A stretch of DNA of 64,000 nucleotides, taken from NCBI GenBank assembly GCA_050273025.1, contig CP158635.1, forward strand, positions 25,420,001-25,484,000. Reading direction: 5' to 3'. Shown here piece after piece: positions 13,487 to 26,640 of this stretch (the stretch's first letter is position 1; each line of letters starts with the position of its first letter). This DNA comes from Cenococcum geophilum (Eukaryota). Below the pieces are notes generated by a model, which did no database searches, was not told the origin of the DNA, and was given only the letters and a program-made list of their open reading frames with translations. The translations under genes and the position numbers were made by a program.

Positions 13487-14340
13487 CGTAAGGTATAGGC
13501 GACCCTAGGGCGACCCAGGGGTAACTCGCCCATGAGGCACGTGCGCTATACGTGCCTAGGGAAAACCCTTCCTACCTTATATACAGACTCCTCCTTTTCC
13601 CTAAAGGATTTGTCTCTATCTATAATATACCCTATTATTCTATTATTAGACTCCCTATCTATATCCTTACCTTATATTTAAATCCTTACCAATCCCCTTA
13701 GGAGGATAGCCGGTTTAATTTTTCTATAATACCTCTAAAAAGAAAACCGACGCCTATACCTAATAGTAATACACTAGCAATACAACCGTAGAACGCCTTA
13801 GGATCTAGTATAGACGAAACCTCTAGAAGTACACTAGTAGTATCTAAGCTACCTCCTAAACCTTAAAATAATTAGATATCTATAAACGCTAGAGACTAGT
13901 TTAACTTATATATCTAGGCTGAATAGGAGCTTAGTAAGGTTACTAGCGTCCTACTTAATACCGCTAATATAAAGGAGCTAGATAAGCTGGCTAAGAAAAT
14001 AGCTAACTTATAGAGCATTATTAATTTAATAAAGCCCTCCTGTTGCCTCTCTAGTAAATAGCACGAGTTATATAGCGAACGCATACGCTAAATAAATCTC
14101 AACGCCCTAGTTAAGAAGTCACTACCTAATATTAGCGGTACTACTTAATAGTATTTTAACTGGTAGATCGCCGCAGTTAAGAACCGATTTAAGATTAATA
14201 ACGCTAACTATAACTATAAGCAACGCACGCGCTAGGCTATTAAAGGTCTTGTAAAAGGAAAGATAATTGCCTAACTAGTTTATTGCCAGTTAGGTACTAA
14301 GGGTAAAGTCCTTTACTATAGGGTAAGTTTAAGACTATAG
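13487..14340 (+). mobile_element. 3'-truncated Gypsy: 5' LTR (13487-13676) plus partial gag
   Basis: LTR resembles the sense strand of the 28379-28593 LTR (GTAAGG start, GAGGCACGT, AAGGATT, CCTTATA end) and is followed by the same TTTAAATCCTT; gag-like frame to ~14340; no partner LTR seen. Confidence 0.7.
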
Positions 14341-14485
14341 TCTAGGACTAGATTAGGAAGCATTAGCAAAATATTTATGCCTCCTAACAGTACTAACAGC
14401 TCCTAATAGCTCCTATTAGGGCTGTTAGGAGCTCTAGGAGACACTCACACTCGGCATCCTATTAGGATCCTATTAGGAGGCCGCT

Positions 14486-14842
14486 TAGACTACCCAGACC
14501 ACCTAGACTACCCGGATTACCCGGACCACTAGGACCTCCAGGACCTTTAGGACTACTAGGACCACTAGGACCTTTAGGACTACTAGGACCTCCAGGACCT
14601 CTAGAACTACTAGAACTGTTACGGCTAGCTTCCTATAGGAGCGATCCGATAGATCAAGCAACAATAAGGGGCTATGTATTGAGTAGACTAAGACGAGGAG
14701 AGAAGAAGAGGTATATACAGGAGGGAGAGTCGTGCTATATACTGTTGGGACGCTAAGCCCTTAGCCGAACTCCTGACTAAGCCCTATCCAGGTGACGGTA
14801 GAACACCAGCCGTTATAAGAACAACTAGGACAACTAGGACAA
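14486..14842. repeat. 9-bp tandem repeat (GGACCACTA/GGACCTCCA) split by a solo LTR
   Basis: Units run 14486-14616 and resume at 14818-14842. Confidence 0.85.
14617..14817. mobile_element. Solo LTR (201 bp)
   Basis: Termini TGTTACGGCT...AGCCGTTATA (RIP'd ...ACA); perfect TSD AGAAC at 14612-14616 and 14818-14822. Confidence 0.88.
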
Positions 14843-14999
14843 TAAGAGAAATATAATCCTAGATTTAAAAATTAAGTATATTAGTAAAATATTAGTTTTT
14901 CTACTACTCTAAAATTATATAAATACTTAAGTAGATATAGTACTTTAATATTTATAGTTAGTTAGAAAAAGTAAAAGCTAGCCTAACTATTTAATAATA

Positions 15000-16130
15000 T
15001 TAAAGACTTTAATAACTCTCTATATTTAAATAAGTTAAGACTATAAGTATAAGAGGCCTAGCCTAACTGCTAAAGCAATATAAATATTATTTTAGAATCG
15101 CGTGCACTAGTATAAGTATAAAAAGCTTAGGTTTAGACCTAGTAATACTATACAACACTATAGGCTTTAGAAATCCTCCTTACTACTTTACTAAAAAATA
15201 ACCCTACTATAACCTTTTATAAACTGTATAAACTTCTAAAATGCCCTATTATTATATATATACTAATCCTTACTAACGTCGCTATTATACTAGCTAGCTC
15301 TATTATCTAGTAAACCTAAGGTATTCTTAAAATTATCCTATATAAATCTAGAGTAGATAGATACTTATACCTACACTTTCTTCTAGCCTATTATAATTAA
15401 GTAGAAATCTAATATTTCCTCTTCGCTACGCTATATACTTATAATTTCCTAGACGGTTATCTATATAGATACTTATAATTAGTATAATTATAGGAAGAAG
15501 CTTAGGATTAAAGAAACCTAATACTATACCGAGTTATTCCCCTTTAAAGCACTACCTCTAATTAGTCTAGGTCTAGGTAAGCTAGAAGAGTAGGGCTATA
15601 TTAATAAGGTAGAGTAATCCAAATTAGTACCGCCGCACCGCATTTAAATAGCAGCCTTTAAGCTTTTAGTATTCTTATTATCTAGATCCTTAAATAAATC
15701 GTCTAAGATATTACTATATAGATTCCACCATAGTTTGGTATTAGAGAACTATTCGTCTTCATCGTTGTATAGTTATGCCCTTGTCTTTACATCTTTAAAT
15801 ATATAAAACTTAATTATAACCCGGCGGTATAGTACCGTAGCGTTCTACGTCGCAAGTAGCTCCCTATAGATTGCTTTATCCTTATTAGCAGTAAGATATA
15901 AGATATAGTAAATTTGTCCTACCTTAAACCTCCTTACTACTAATATACTTAATAGTCTTATAGTGGCCGGATAGGTACTCCTAGATACTATACCTTAAAC
16001 TAACCGCAATAAAGCATATAGTTGCGCCAGCGAGCTTATTAAAATATTTAGCGGAAGACTGGTATTAGGCTATTTCTATTAAACTATTTGCCTAAAATAT
16101 ATCCGCGTAGGCAGTAACGATTACTTTATA
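15000..16130 (-). pseudogene. Unidentified RIP-degraded ORF
   Basis: Protein-like frame with only TAA/TAG interruptions (...ELLAT*NATVLYRRVIIKFYIFKDVKTRA*LYNDEDE*FSNTKLWWNLY...); no family recognised. Confidence 0.4.
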
Positions 16131-16509
16131 GTAGAATTATCTCTTACTAGCCTATTAATGTTAGTAAAGTAGTATAGTTTCTATTTATAATTAGGTAGTA
16201 TATAGGGGGCAGTAGCTACTTATAGAAGGTAATAGAAAGTGGTGGGGTTTATAGTAGAAAGAAGTAGAATTATTATATAAAAGTAGGTAAATTCGTAAAA
16301 TAGAAAATAGTAGAAAATTTAGGTGGAAAATAGAAGAAATTTAATATAAAGGGTAGCTAAATTTAGGGAATAGAAAATAGTAGATCTCTAGCGTAGAGAA
16401 ATATTAGGTATAGTAATAGAGGGATACATTTAAGAAGTATATACTTTTTCGGCCAGTTCGTATATAAAAGAGTAGTCTTTTAGTAACCCCTTTGCCTTTT
16501 ACTATTGTT

Positions 16510-19400
16510 ACTAAAGCCTAGGCTATATACTTCTCTAATAATAGCCCAGAACTTACAGTTTACTTTAATTCTAAAGTCTCCTAACCTATCCTTTATCTAC
16601 GTATATTTAGTTAGTATAACTCCCTAGCATATTAATATACTCTAAAAGTACCTTACGCGCGCTAACCTAATCGGGTTTATAATCTACTTATTTTTGTTCC
16701 TCCCTTAATAGACTAGCTTAGGTTATAGTCTATAATTTAATAATTAGCGTCTCTAATATAGAAGGAAATTGATCTACCTAGGGATTAACTTATAGGTTTA
16801 AGGATCCGCCCTTACCTATATATATTTTCGCGAGAAATATACTTATCGCTTGGTTAAGAACGGCTTTATAGGCATTCTTAACCTTCTAGTTTATATAGTA
16901 TCCGTAGTAGTCCTATATAAAGCGCGCTCCGAGATAATATTATATTTGTAGTACTTATATACGCATCCTTTTCTAGTTAATTTTACCTATATTAGATTCT
17001 ACTAATCTATTATAGGGAGGTAAGTTAAAACCACTATTAATATTATAGATAAGTGCGGCATCTAGTAATTTAGGGCTTAATTAATGGGGGCGTAAGGCTA
17101 AAGCAAGTATTATACGAAGTAGTCGCTTAGGTTAAGTACTTCTGTACGTAATACCTCTTTTAGGCAAGCTAGGTAGCTTTAGGTAGTGCTATCTATATTT
17201 AATATTACGTAATATTCTAGATAAGCCTAGTATATTAGACCTTAGTCCTCTCCTATTATAATAAAGAGAGATAGGCTGCTAATTAAACCGCCTATTAGCA
17301 TATAATTAGTAATTTAGACAAGCCCTATATATATAATTTTAAAGGTGTCCTATTTATAAGACTTAGCTTAGTATCTATAGCCGGTTTATTAGTTAAATTA
17401 AATATAGTATAGTTTAAAAATAAAGTAATAGAGGATATATTCTTGGTTGTACTATTAGGTAGGTACCTCTTATAGGTGCCTGGCACTGGTATTAATATAT
17501 TACTCTTATCTTATAAGGTATCTTGGGTATTAGTATTAGTATATTATATATTAGCTGCGTGCATATTAATATGGTATCTAAGAAGCCTACTTAAAAGCAC
17601 GTCTATGCCGCTTTATAAGAACCTTTGCTATTCTTTTAGGGCGTATTATAGCTCTATATATTATATAAGCTAATTAAATATACCTCCTAATAGAGCTTAT
17701 AAGCCTATAGTAACCTCTATTTATTTAGCCTAGCGATATTATTTTCTTTTTACGCGACTAGTAGTATAGGGACTTTATAGTTTCTAGTTGTGTGGTATTA
17801 TTTATAGGGTTAAGTAAATAGTCTAATAGCGGTAGGAAAAGTACTATATTAGAAGCAATTGTTTATATAATAAGGGTTATTATTAGAGAGATAGATAAGT
17901 ATATAGGAGAAAATAGGGGTTATAGTGCTTTATTTATGGTTAGAACGTAAATAAGCTAAGCTATTCCTATTAAGCTACTATTAGAATCGTATTAAATTAA
18001 TACTATAACTTATAACTTTGTCTACTCTTTCTAGCCTTTGGACTAATTTTCTTAATAGCGCGCCTAGGATGTAATACTAAGAGATATACTATATATAGTA
18101 TATAATTGGCTACCTTAGAGATGACTATAAGGAAGATATAATTAACTACCTTAAAGACAATTATAAGGAAAATATATATACTAATACGCTAGAAATAAGT
18201 TGCCCCTACCCTACTTAAGCGATAGTTTATAGATTATTTACTACTAATAGATACCAATCCTAACCTAATTCCCCTCTTAATACCTTTATCTAATTTAGAC
18301 TTTAATTGTATAGAGGAATAAGAAGTTATATATATTTAGACTAAGGCCCTACTTAACCCTAGAATAGAGGCAATAGTTAAGAATTATACTCTAAGTCTAC
18401 TACTATTTGCTATATCTACCTCCTATACCTAAACCCCTTATCCTACTCTGTCTTATAGTCCGCTATTATAGTAGTAGCTGGTATTACATACTTACTAAGC
18501 CTCTAGGACTATTATACTATAGGTATTTAATACTAAAAGCGAGTTAGATAGTATCCTATCTATATAAGAAATTATAGACCTAGGCTCTATATTATATTAA
18601 TTTATAATATAGCTATAGATAGAAGATTCTACAATAGTGGATTTGGGTAAGACTTTAAGTCCGTAACTATATTGCCCTAAGATATAACTCTAAGCATCGT
18701 TATAGTCGCAGATAAGCCTAGTTCTATTGCCTTTATTATTACTAGAAACTAAAGGCCGGTCTAAAAAGCGTTTTAATAGTAGTAGGGACCTAAGCGTTAC
18801 GCCCTCTATACTAGCTTTTATTCCCCCTAAAGGGGAGGGAAAGGAAGACTATATTTCTAATAGTAAATACTTTAATCCTACCCCCTTCGCTACTAGCCTA
18901 AAGGCTATAGGTTATAGGTCTGTCTCTACTTATAACTTTATCCGCCTAAGGCTCTCTAGCGCTTTAAGGGGGGGCGAACTCCTAATTTAATACCTTTTCT
19001 TTTTACTAGCGTCTTAATAGTTTTAGGTTAATTTAGAGGAGATAAACGCGGTATATCCGCTAGTATATTAGTAGTTAGTGGTGTTAAAATATCCTAGTAA
19101 GGTTAAGTTGGCGTATACGCTTTTAACGGTAGTAGTATATAGTAGCTTTATTACTCTAATATAGGTAGTAGATTCTTTAATATAGTTATTACTATATAAG
19201 TTAGTATGTGGGATTAACTCTAATCTAAAATTTATAGCGTACTTAGGTGGTTTTATTTAATTATAAAATTAATAAAATTTAGACTAAGCGTAAATATATA
19301 ATCTATAATAGTCTTCTATATCCGTTTACTAGTAACCTTTTACTAGTCTCTACTCCAGAAAACGTATATTAATATATTATAGTTCTTATTAAAGCCTACG
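16510..19400 (-). pseudogene. Large unidentified RIP-degraded ORF
   Basis: Protein-like frame translated over ~16510-18480 with only TAA/TAG stops; extension to ~19400 not translated; no family recognised. Confidence 0.4.
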
Positions 19401-19707
19401 TCCTACTTTAGAGTATCCTTAAATACTAAGAAGATAAGCTTATCTACGGAAATATTATCTATATTCTTTCCTTTAGGAAGTAGATCTCTTAGCTATATAT
19501 ATATTAATACTCTAGCCGTCGAAAACGGACTCTGCACCTATATGTGGTAACGGCTACAAACTTAGGTCTTTAAAGTTTAGACCTAAAGCTAACGCAGAGA
19601 CATTGTATAGTGTGCGGGTAGGAGCTAGTGGTTCTTAAAATGTTATAGGGGGTAGTGAAAAGTTTTTATATGGGATGGTAAGATCTCAAAAACCACTGGT
19701 TTAGTCC

Positions 19708-19922
19708 TATAAGGGGAACTTATAGATAGGGGGCTATAAGGATACGATTGGAACAAGATAGATTGGTAAGAGAGATAAATCCTTAAGGAGGTAAGGCCTC
19801 TGGGATCGTGGAGACTATATACTACGGGTACGTGCCTCCGGTACGTGACCAACGGACGTCTAAGGGGTGTCCGGGGGTTGTCCTAAGGGCAACCTAAGGT
19901 AACCGCAATAATATCCCTTACA
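19708..19922 (-). repeat. 3' LTR of Gypsy
   Basis: Direct repeat of 28379-28593, adjacent to the polypurine tract. Confidence 0.95.
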
Positions 19923-22199
19923 TTGCCCCCCCCCTTCTTATGGTCGGCCCCCAATCGCCATTACCTTGCGGTAGAGAGAGATCCTAAGGGCTTGTCCCAA
20001 AAGGGGTTCGGAGAGATATTAGTATGCCGTTATATATTATCTATCTATCTAACCCCTACTTTAAACTCCTAAAAACCTTAATAAGGAAAAAATATAACTA
20101 GAGAAAAGACGTAAGGATTACTAGGAGACCTATTGGAAGCCTGCTAAAAGCATGCCGGTGGCTACCTAGGTTAACCTAAGGATTTTTATATAACTTTACT
20201 TCTAAGCCTTTATGCTAGTCTATAATTAATTATAAGTATTATAGGTAATTTAGTGTTCCTTACATAGTTCCGTAGAACCTTTTAGTATAGGATTTAACGT
20301 ATAGGGCCTTAGCTTACCGTTGTCTTTAACTGCTAAGATATAATCCGTAATCTTCTCTTATGACTCTCTATATTACTAATATATTACTTCTATATTTGCC
20401 CTTAGGCTATTAAGTACAGTTAAGGTATTAATTAGTTAGTTAAGGAGACTTATCTCCCGAGATTTAGTATATATGCTTTTAAATCTAGTGGTCCTATACC
20501 ATATAATTAGCGTAGCTTTACTGCCTAGTAAATAGGACGGATACTTTGCAATAGCATCTATAGCTATTATACGATTGTTAAGAACATCTATAACGTTTTT
20601 CTTTAATACCGTAGTATTATTTAGGTATAATTTTAACCTATATACATCTTTAATTAACGTCTTAGTTACCTTCTCCGGCGGCGTTATTAGTTTTTATAAG
20701 GAAGTAATAGTTAGATAACGCATGCTTGTGTTTCCTTCCTTCTAAATAGCGCTATTATAACGGAGTTATATTAGTAGGGTTGCGGCTATTTACTGGAAGG
20801 GTATTAGAAGGTAAAGTATAGAGACACCTTGCTTATTAAGCTGCTCCTTTTCTTAAACACCTTACTTCCCCCTATTAACCTTTATCCAATTTTAGATATA
20901 TCTTTAATATATTATTAAGATTTTCTTCTTTTTCATTATACATTTAATATACCTCTTTATTCTCCTACTAACTGCTCTTCTAAGCCAATTCCTTAGCGTA
21001 TCCTAGCCCTACTATTGCATATAGAACCCTAACCCCCGCTAACCCATAACTAGTGCTAGTCCTACTTAAATAACTTTGCCTGTATATCCTTAAAAGACTA
21101 GAAATCTAATAAGAGGATCCTAGAGGCTTATAATAAGACACACTGCGTAAGGTCTAATACCTTTAGTCCTTATAATTGTTGTATGCGTACTAAGAGCAGC
21201 AGTTACGTAAAGGTGAGTTTTCCTATCCCTTAATAGTTTTCTATTGCTGACTTTAGGCTTTCTAATAGTCTGGGCCTAAGTAGCGGCGTTCCTTTAATGT
21301 CCTTAACTATTATATTACCCGGGCGCTCTCTTATTCTAGTGCTAATACTAAATAATTAGGTCAAATTTAAGACTATGCCATAGCCATCTATACCGCGCAT
21401 AATTCCTAGTAAGCTAGCTAGTAGCGTCTAATATATAAGCAAGGCTGGTATATTAAGGATAGGGTAAAGGATAGGGATAATAAAAAGAAGGTCGCCGTAT
21501 ACTATAAGAAGGAGTTCGCGTATACGCGTTAGGTTTTAAAGGAGCATAATATAATACGTTATTAGGTAGGTTACCCTTTAGGTACCTAGCGGATAGGTAA
21601 CTAATAGTTGCTATAGCAAGGTCTTGGTGGTTCTAGACTATACTAGCTAGCTAACATCTCTGTTTATTCCGGGCTTAAGCGTATCTTTATTAACTATAAG
21701 CTTACGCCACAAGAGCTTTATTAGTATTAGTTTAGACCTAATATTAGTATTAAGCGTTTAAGGATCTCTGCCCCTACTATACCTTATCGTCCTGCCCCTA
21801 TTTTTATACCTACCCGTACTCCTATAAAGGGATCTTATTCCTATTAGCCATCCCTTAGAGGGCCGATAGATACTAATCCTGCTCCTAAGGATAAGGTATA
21901 GTGGCTTTTTAGATTAGGCATTTATGGTTTAGACTTTTAGGATTTGTTCTTATATATAGTAGTATTAAGGACCTTAATTAAGGTGCTTAGGAAGGCCTTA
22001 GAACGCTTTTAGGAAGGGTCTAGGAGCCTTAGGAACAATGTTTCTAGTATAGATTAATTAACGGGAATGCAATTCTAGCAAAATGCCCTATTAATTCTAT
22101 ACTATATATATGCAAAGGCTAAGGACCTGTCCTGCCTTAGGCCGTAACCCTAATCCTTATAGTTTCCGGAGCCTATCCGTTCCATATCTAATTTAACCT

Positions 22200-25100
22200 A
22201 TTTGCTCTTTCTACAAGCTTTCTTTATAGGTCGCGATAACACTATAGTATTAGAGCGCTTTTTGCGATTTGTAGATTATAGACCTTGGTCCTAATATTCT
22301 TTTAGAATATCTTTACAATAATTAAGGTAATCTTCTGGTTCCTATATAGAGTCCTTAGCGGGCCAGCCTAGCTATTTAACTTTATATTAAAGCTTATTCT
22401 TAACAGACTTATAGCATAGTATAGTTTTAACCTCGTACCGCTCGCCTACTACTTTAGGGTGTTTAATTGGGCCTAGACGGAAGTTCTTTTCTAGTGGTAG
22501 TCTATACTATAGCTCTAGTAGGTTTACGTAAAATACTAGATATACACGGGCTATAGATAGGGGTAGCTAGAGATGGTAGGCTAGCTTGCTAATTTGTTCT
22601 ATAACTTAGAAGGGACCTAGGTATCTTATATTAAGCTTCTTTAATAGTTAACGGGTCTTAATATTTGTTAAACGTAATAGAACCTTATCGCCTACTCCAA
22701 AATACTTATCCTAGTGTTTACAGTTATACTAAAGTCTCTGCTGCTCTTAGGCATCTTATAGGCTCTGCTTTATATACTTCTATTACTCCTCCTATTCCTA
22801 GAGGTATCCTTACACTCTCTAGTAGATATCCTTAGACTTCTTGGTAGGATTCTATAACTAGTTATACGGCCTTAGCTAATAATTATTAGGTATACTATTG
22901 AACCCAAATAGTCAGACGCTATAGGTAATCTGGATTGGTGCATACTAATATAATAAATACTGCTTCAAGTTATAAGCGTACTCTATATACGGAAGTAGCT
23001 TATACTAATTATCTTGCTAATAGTTTAAATATATTTATAGATAAGACTCTAGTTCCTAGTTTTGGTGTTCTATTTACCCGTCCATTTATAGATAGAAAGC
23101 TATACTATAATAATGGTCTATCTTTAAATAAAAGCATAGATCCGACCAGTACTGGCTTATAAAGACGCTGCCCCTATTAGTAATAATAGAGTATAGCTAG
23201 TCTACTTTAAGAAAGTATTTCTCCTTAATTAGGTTAGCAAGCTCTTATACGTTAATTATCTTATTAATAGGAAGGTATTGGACGTACTTTTAAAACCTAT
23301 TAATAAGTATAAGGACTAAATCGTATGTTCGTCCTTGCCTATCTTTTAAGGGCGGGAGATCCGTAATAAAGTCTATAGCGTAATGTCGCTATAGCTTACT
23401 AGCGGGGGGAACTAATTTAAATAAACCCCATGGCTTATGCCTTCGGATTTTATATACTTAACACTTCTTATAGTAGCTAATATACTCCTTTGCTTCCTAA
23501 TTAAGCTTTAGCTAATAGTATTTACGTTAAAGTAATTCTACTATCTTAGCTCAACTATAGTGGCCACCTAGAGGATTATCGTAATTCCTTATAAGGATCT
23601 TCTGTTATAGATTTGCTTCTTATAGTACCTAAACCTTACTACCTCTATATAGTAGGCCTATCAGGTCTAGTTCCTAATAGTAGCGCCTAGCAGCTTCCTT
23701 TCCATCATATTTCTAGTCTACTTCTATATTAAAGGTAGCATAGGAAGCGTCCCTCTGTTACACCTCACAAATAAGATCTATTAACCTTTTAGATAGTTCC
23801 TAGGTAAAAGCTATTTCGTCTTATACTACTCTAAGTATAAGACTAGGTAGTACCATAGATCTTATAACTTCTTAGTACGTATACGTTAGGAAGGTCGCTA
23901 CAAGGTTAAAGTCCTTTAGTTATTATAGGGCTCCAAGTTCCAATTGCTCTATGGCTTCACTATTAGCTTAAGGGGATAGCTTAGCAATTAGGGGTAACGT
24001 ATTACTAGGTTCTAAGAATATATTAGGGACGTCCTATCTAGGTATATTCAGACCCTTATTAGCTATAGACCGGGTACTAGCTAGAACGCTTATAGAAGCT
24101 AATAGGGTTTACACCGCCTAAGACTTAGTACGTAAAGCTATAGGTGCTTAAGCATCCCATACCTAGAGCTTGTTCTATAATATAGGGAGTAAGATATCTA
24201 TTATCTGTTTTCCTTCTCCCGTTTTAAAGCCTTTAGTATAGTCTAGCCGTTATAATAATCTATTAGTAGGGTTACTTTCCCCTAGCTTATATTTAATCTT
24301 AAAATTAAATCACGTAAGCTCCTCTGCCTATCTAGCCTATTAAGGTATAAGCTCCTTTATAGTTATAAAGTAGCGTAGATTATAATAATCTAAGAGTATA
24401 TAAGTAGTATAGCTTGCGTACTTAAGGTAGTATCGCTACTGTTTAAAGCAGTCGACTATAGCTAGCAGTTCCTTATTGTGGGTATAATACCTAACTTTAG
24501 GCCCCTAGAATTTTCTGCTATAGAATACTACTAGTCTCTAGTAGAGCTGGGTAGCGTCTAGATACCTATTAGGTTATAGTAGGATACCGGCAAGGGCAAA
24601 ATTTGATATATTAGTAACTATTATTAGTAGCTAATCTAGGTCGAAATACCGTAGCAATAGAGCTTCTGTAAACTTTACGCGTAGTTCCTAGAAGGCCTCC
24701 TAAACCTTTCTAGGCTATAACCATAGTTTATACTATTTAGTTAGTCCCTTCTTAGTTTTCTTCCTTCCCGCCTTTAAGCCTTTTACTCCTTAGGCTAGGT
24801 CTTAGGAAGCTTCCGTAATATAGTTAGATAAGTATTAGGCGATATCTAAGTAGTTATAGATAAAGCGCCTATAGAAATTGGCAAAGCCTAGGAATACTTA
24901 AACATCCTAGTAGCTCTCTAGCTCCGGCCACTCTTAGATTATCTATACCTGTACTAGGTCTATAACTACGCCTATAGGCGTTATAATATAACCTAGGAAC
25001 TTAACCTACTTAGTATTAAAGATATATTTTAACGCCTTAGCGTAGAGGCCCCAATTATCTAAACGTTCTAGTACTTTGCGGATATATTGCTCGTACTAAT

Positions 25101-26640
25101 CCTCGTCTTCTAAGTAAATCAGGATGTCGTCTAGATAGACAACGTATATACAGTCGACTAGTCCCCCTAAAGCCCTATAAATATATAATTAGAATATTAT
25201 AGGCGTATTAGCTAGCCTAAAAGGTATTACTAGATACTTAAAGTGGCCGTATCGGGTTTTAGGAGCGGTCTTCTATTTATCCCCTTCTTTAATATAAAGC
25301 CTATAATAGGCGTCTCGTAGATCCAGCTTTATAAAGATCTTCGCCCTAAATAGTTAATCTAGTATTTCACTAACTAGTAGTAGTAGGTAACGGTTCTTAA
25401 CTATAATTTTATTAAGACCGCGATAGTCTATATATAGCCTTATAGTTCCATCTAGTTTAGGGATAAAGAGGATTAGCGCGCCTGCTAGCGACTTACTAGG
25501 CCGTATCCACCCCTTTTCTAGTAAGCCGTTAAGGTACTCCTATAGGATCTTAAGCTCTTTATAAGAGAGGTTATAGATAGGAAGATTCGGCAGTTATTTG
25601 CCTTCTTCTAGATTAATTATATAATTATATTCTAAGTTCTATAGTAGGACTTTAGCTTATCTACCTAAAAATACCCTTAGTAAGTTTCTTAAGCCTAATA
25701 GGATATTTAACAGATTAGGGTCTTATTTGTCCTCCGCGTTATCGTTAGGTAGGTCCCGGAGCTCCCTTAGGATGCTCGCGGGCAGCGTCGCGCGCTATAG
25801 TAGTTGCTCGTATATAGTTACTACCGTATGTTAAACCGTTTTATGCGGTAGCTAGTAGAGGGTAGGAAATTCTTTAACGCAGCGTTTAAGGTGCCGTAGT
25901 ATATTCTCCGTATATTGCTTAAGCTAGAGTAATCTATAGCGGTAGAAGTATCTTATAAGATCTTTAAGATCGCCGCCTCCCTATAGTATCTCCGTGACCT
26001 ATCTAGCAGTTCCCCATAGGGTATCCGTTTTAGAAGGGATATCGCCTATACTAGGCTCTATACCTATCTTGCTATAGAATAGGGGTTTAATCTAATACTC
26101 CTTTAGGTATAGAGCGTATACCATTTCACCTAGAGCTATATCCTCTGGGATATCTTTTAAGCTTATTAGTAATATACGCCCTTCTAATTCTTTATCATTC
26201 CACTATTTAAAGGCTCCTGTCTTAAAGCGTATCTTAGGATCTACTTCCGTAAGCTAAGGGTATCTAAAAATAAGGTTATAGCCTATAAAGTCGGCCGCCT
26301 AGAAGGGTTGCGGGCTAACTACCTTAGTGTGGTTATATATATTGGCTACTAACACTGTAAGCTTATAGGCACTATATAGTTTAATCCGATGCTTATCCAG
26401 GAAGCCTATAATAGGTTTCCGCCACCTTAGCAATAGGACGAGTTTATACTCTTTTACCAAATTATATTGTATAAGATTAATTTCGGCGCCGCTATTATAT
26501 AGTACTTAGAACTAATATACCTTGCCCGTAGGGAGTACCGTTTCTAGCTTAATAGTAATATAGAGAGCCTCTCCTTCTATATCTTGCCCTAGTTATAGCC
26601 GGGAGAGGTCCGCGACTAGGGCTTTTCTTTTTTTAGATCG
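22200..26640 (-). pseudogene. pol: Gypsy pol (protease, RT, RNase H, integrase, chromodomain)
   Basis: NSGAEINL (de-RIP DSGA, ~26490); VVYLDDILIY (~25115-25143); TNISNFALAGIL (de-RIP TDAS, ~24600); YDNPLGGH (~23570); RYLGPF (~22615); chromodomain KVK*LGWPAKDSI*EP (~22335-22385). Confidence 0.95.

Noticed and set aside
17100..17400. Spok meiotic-drive nuclease resemblance (..QITDYML.GG...TGE..)
   Set aside because: Only a loose local similarity; no clear ExK motif, Cys cluster or kinase domain was found in the frame.
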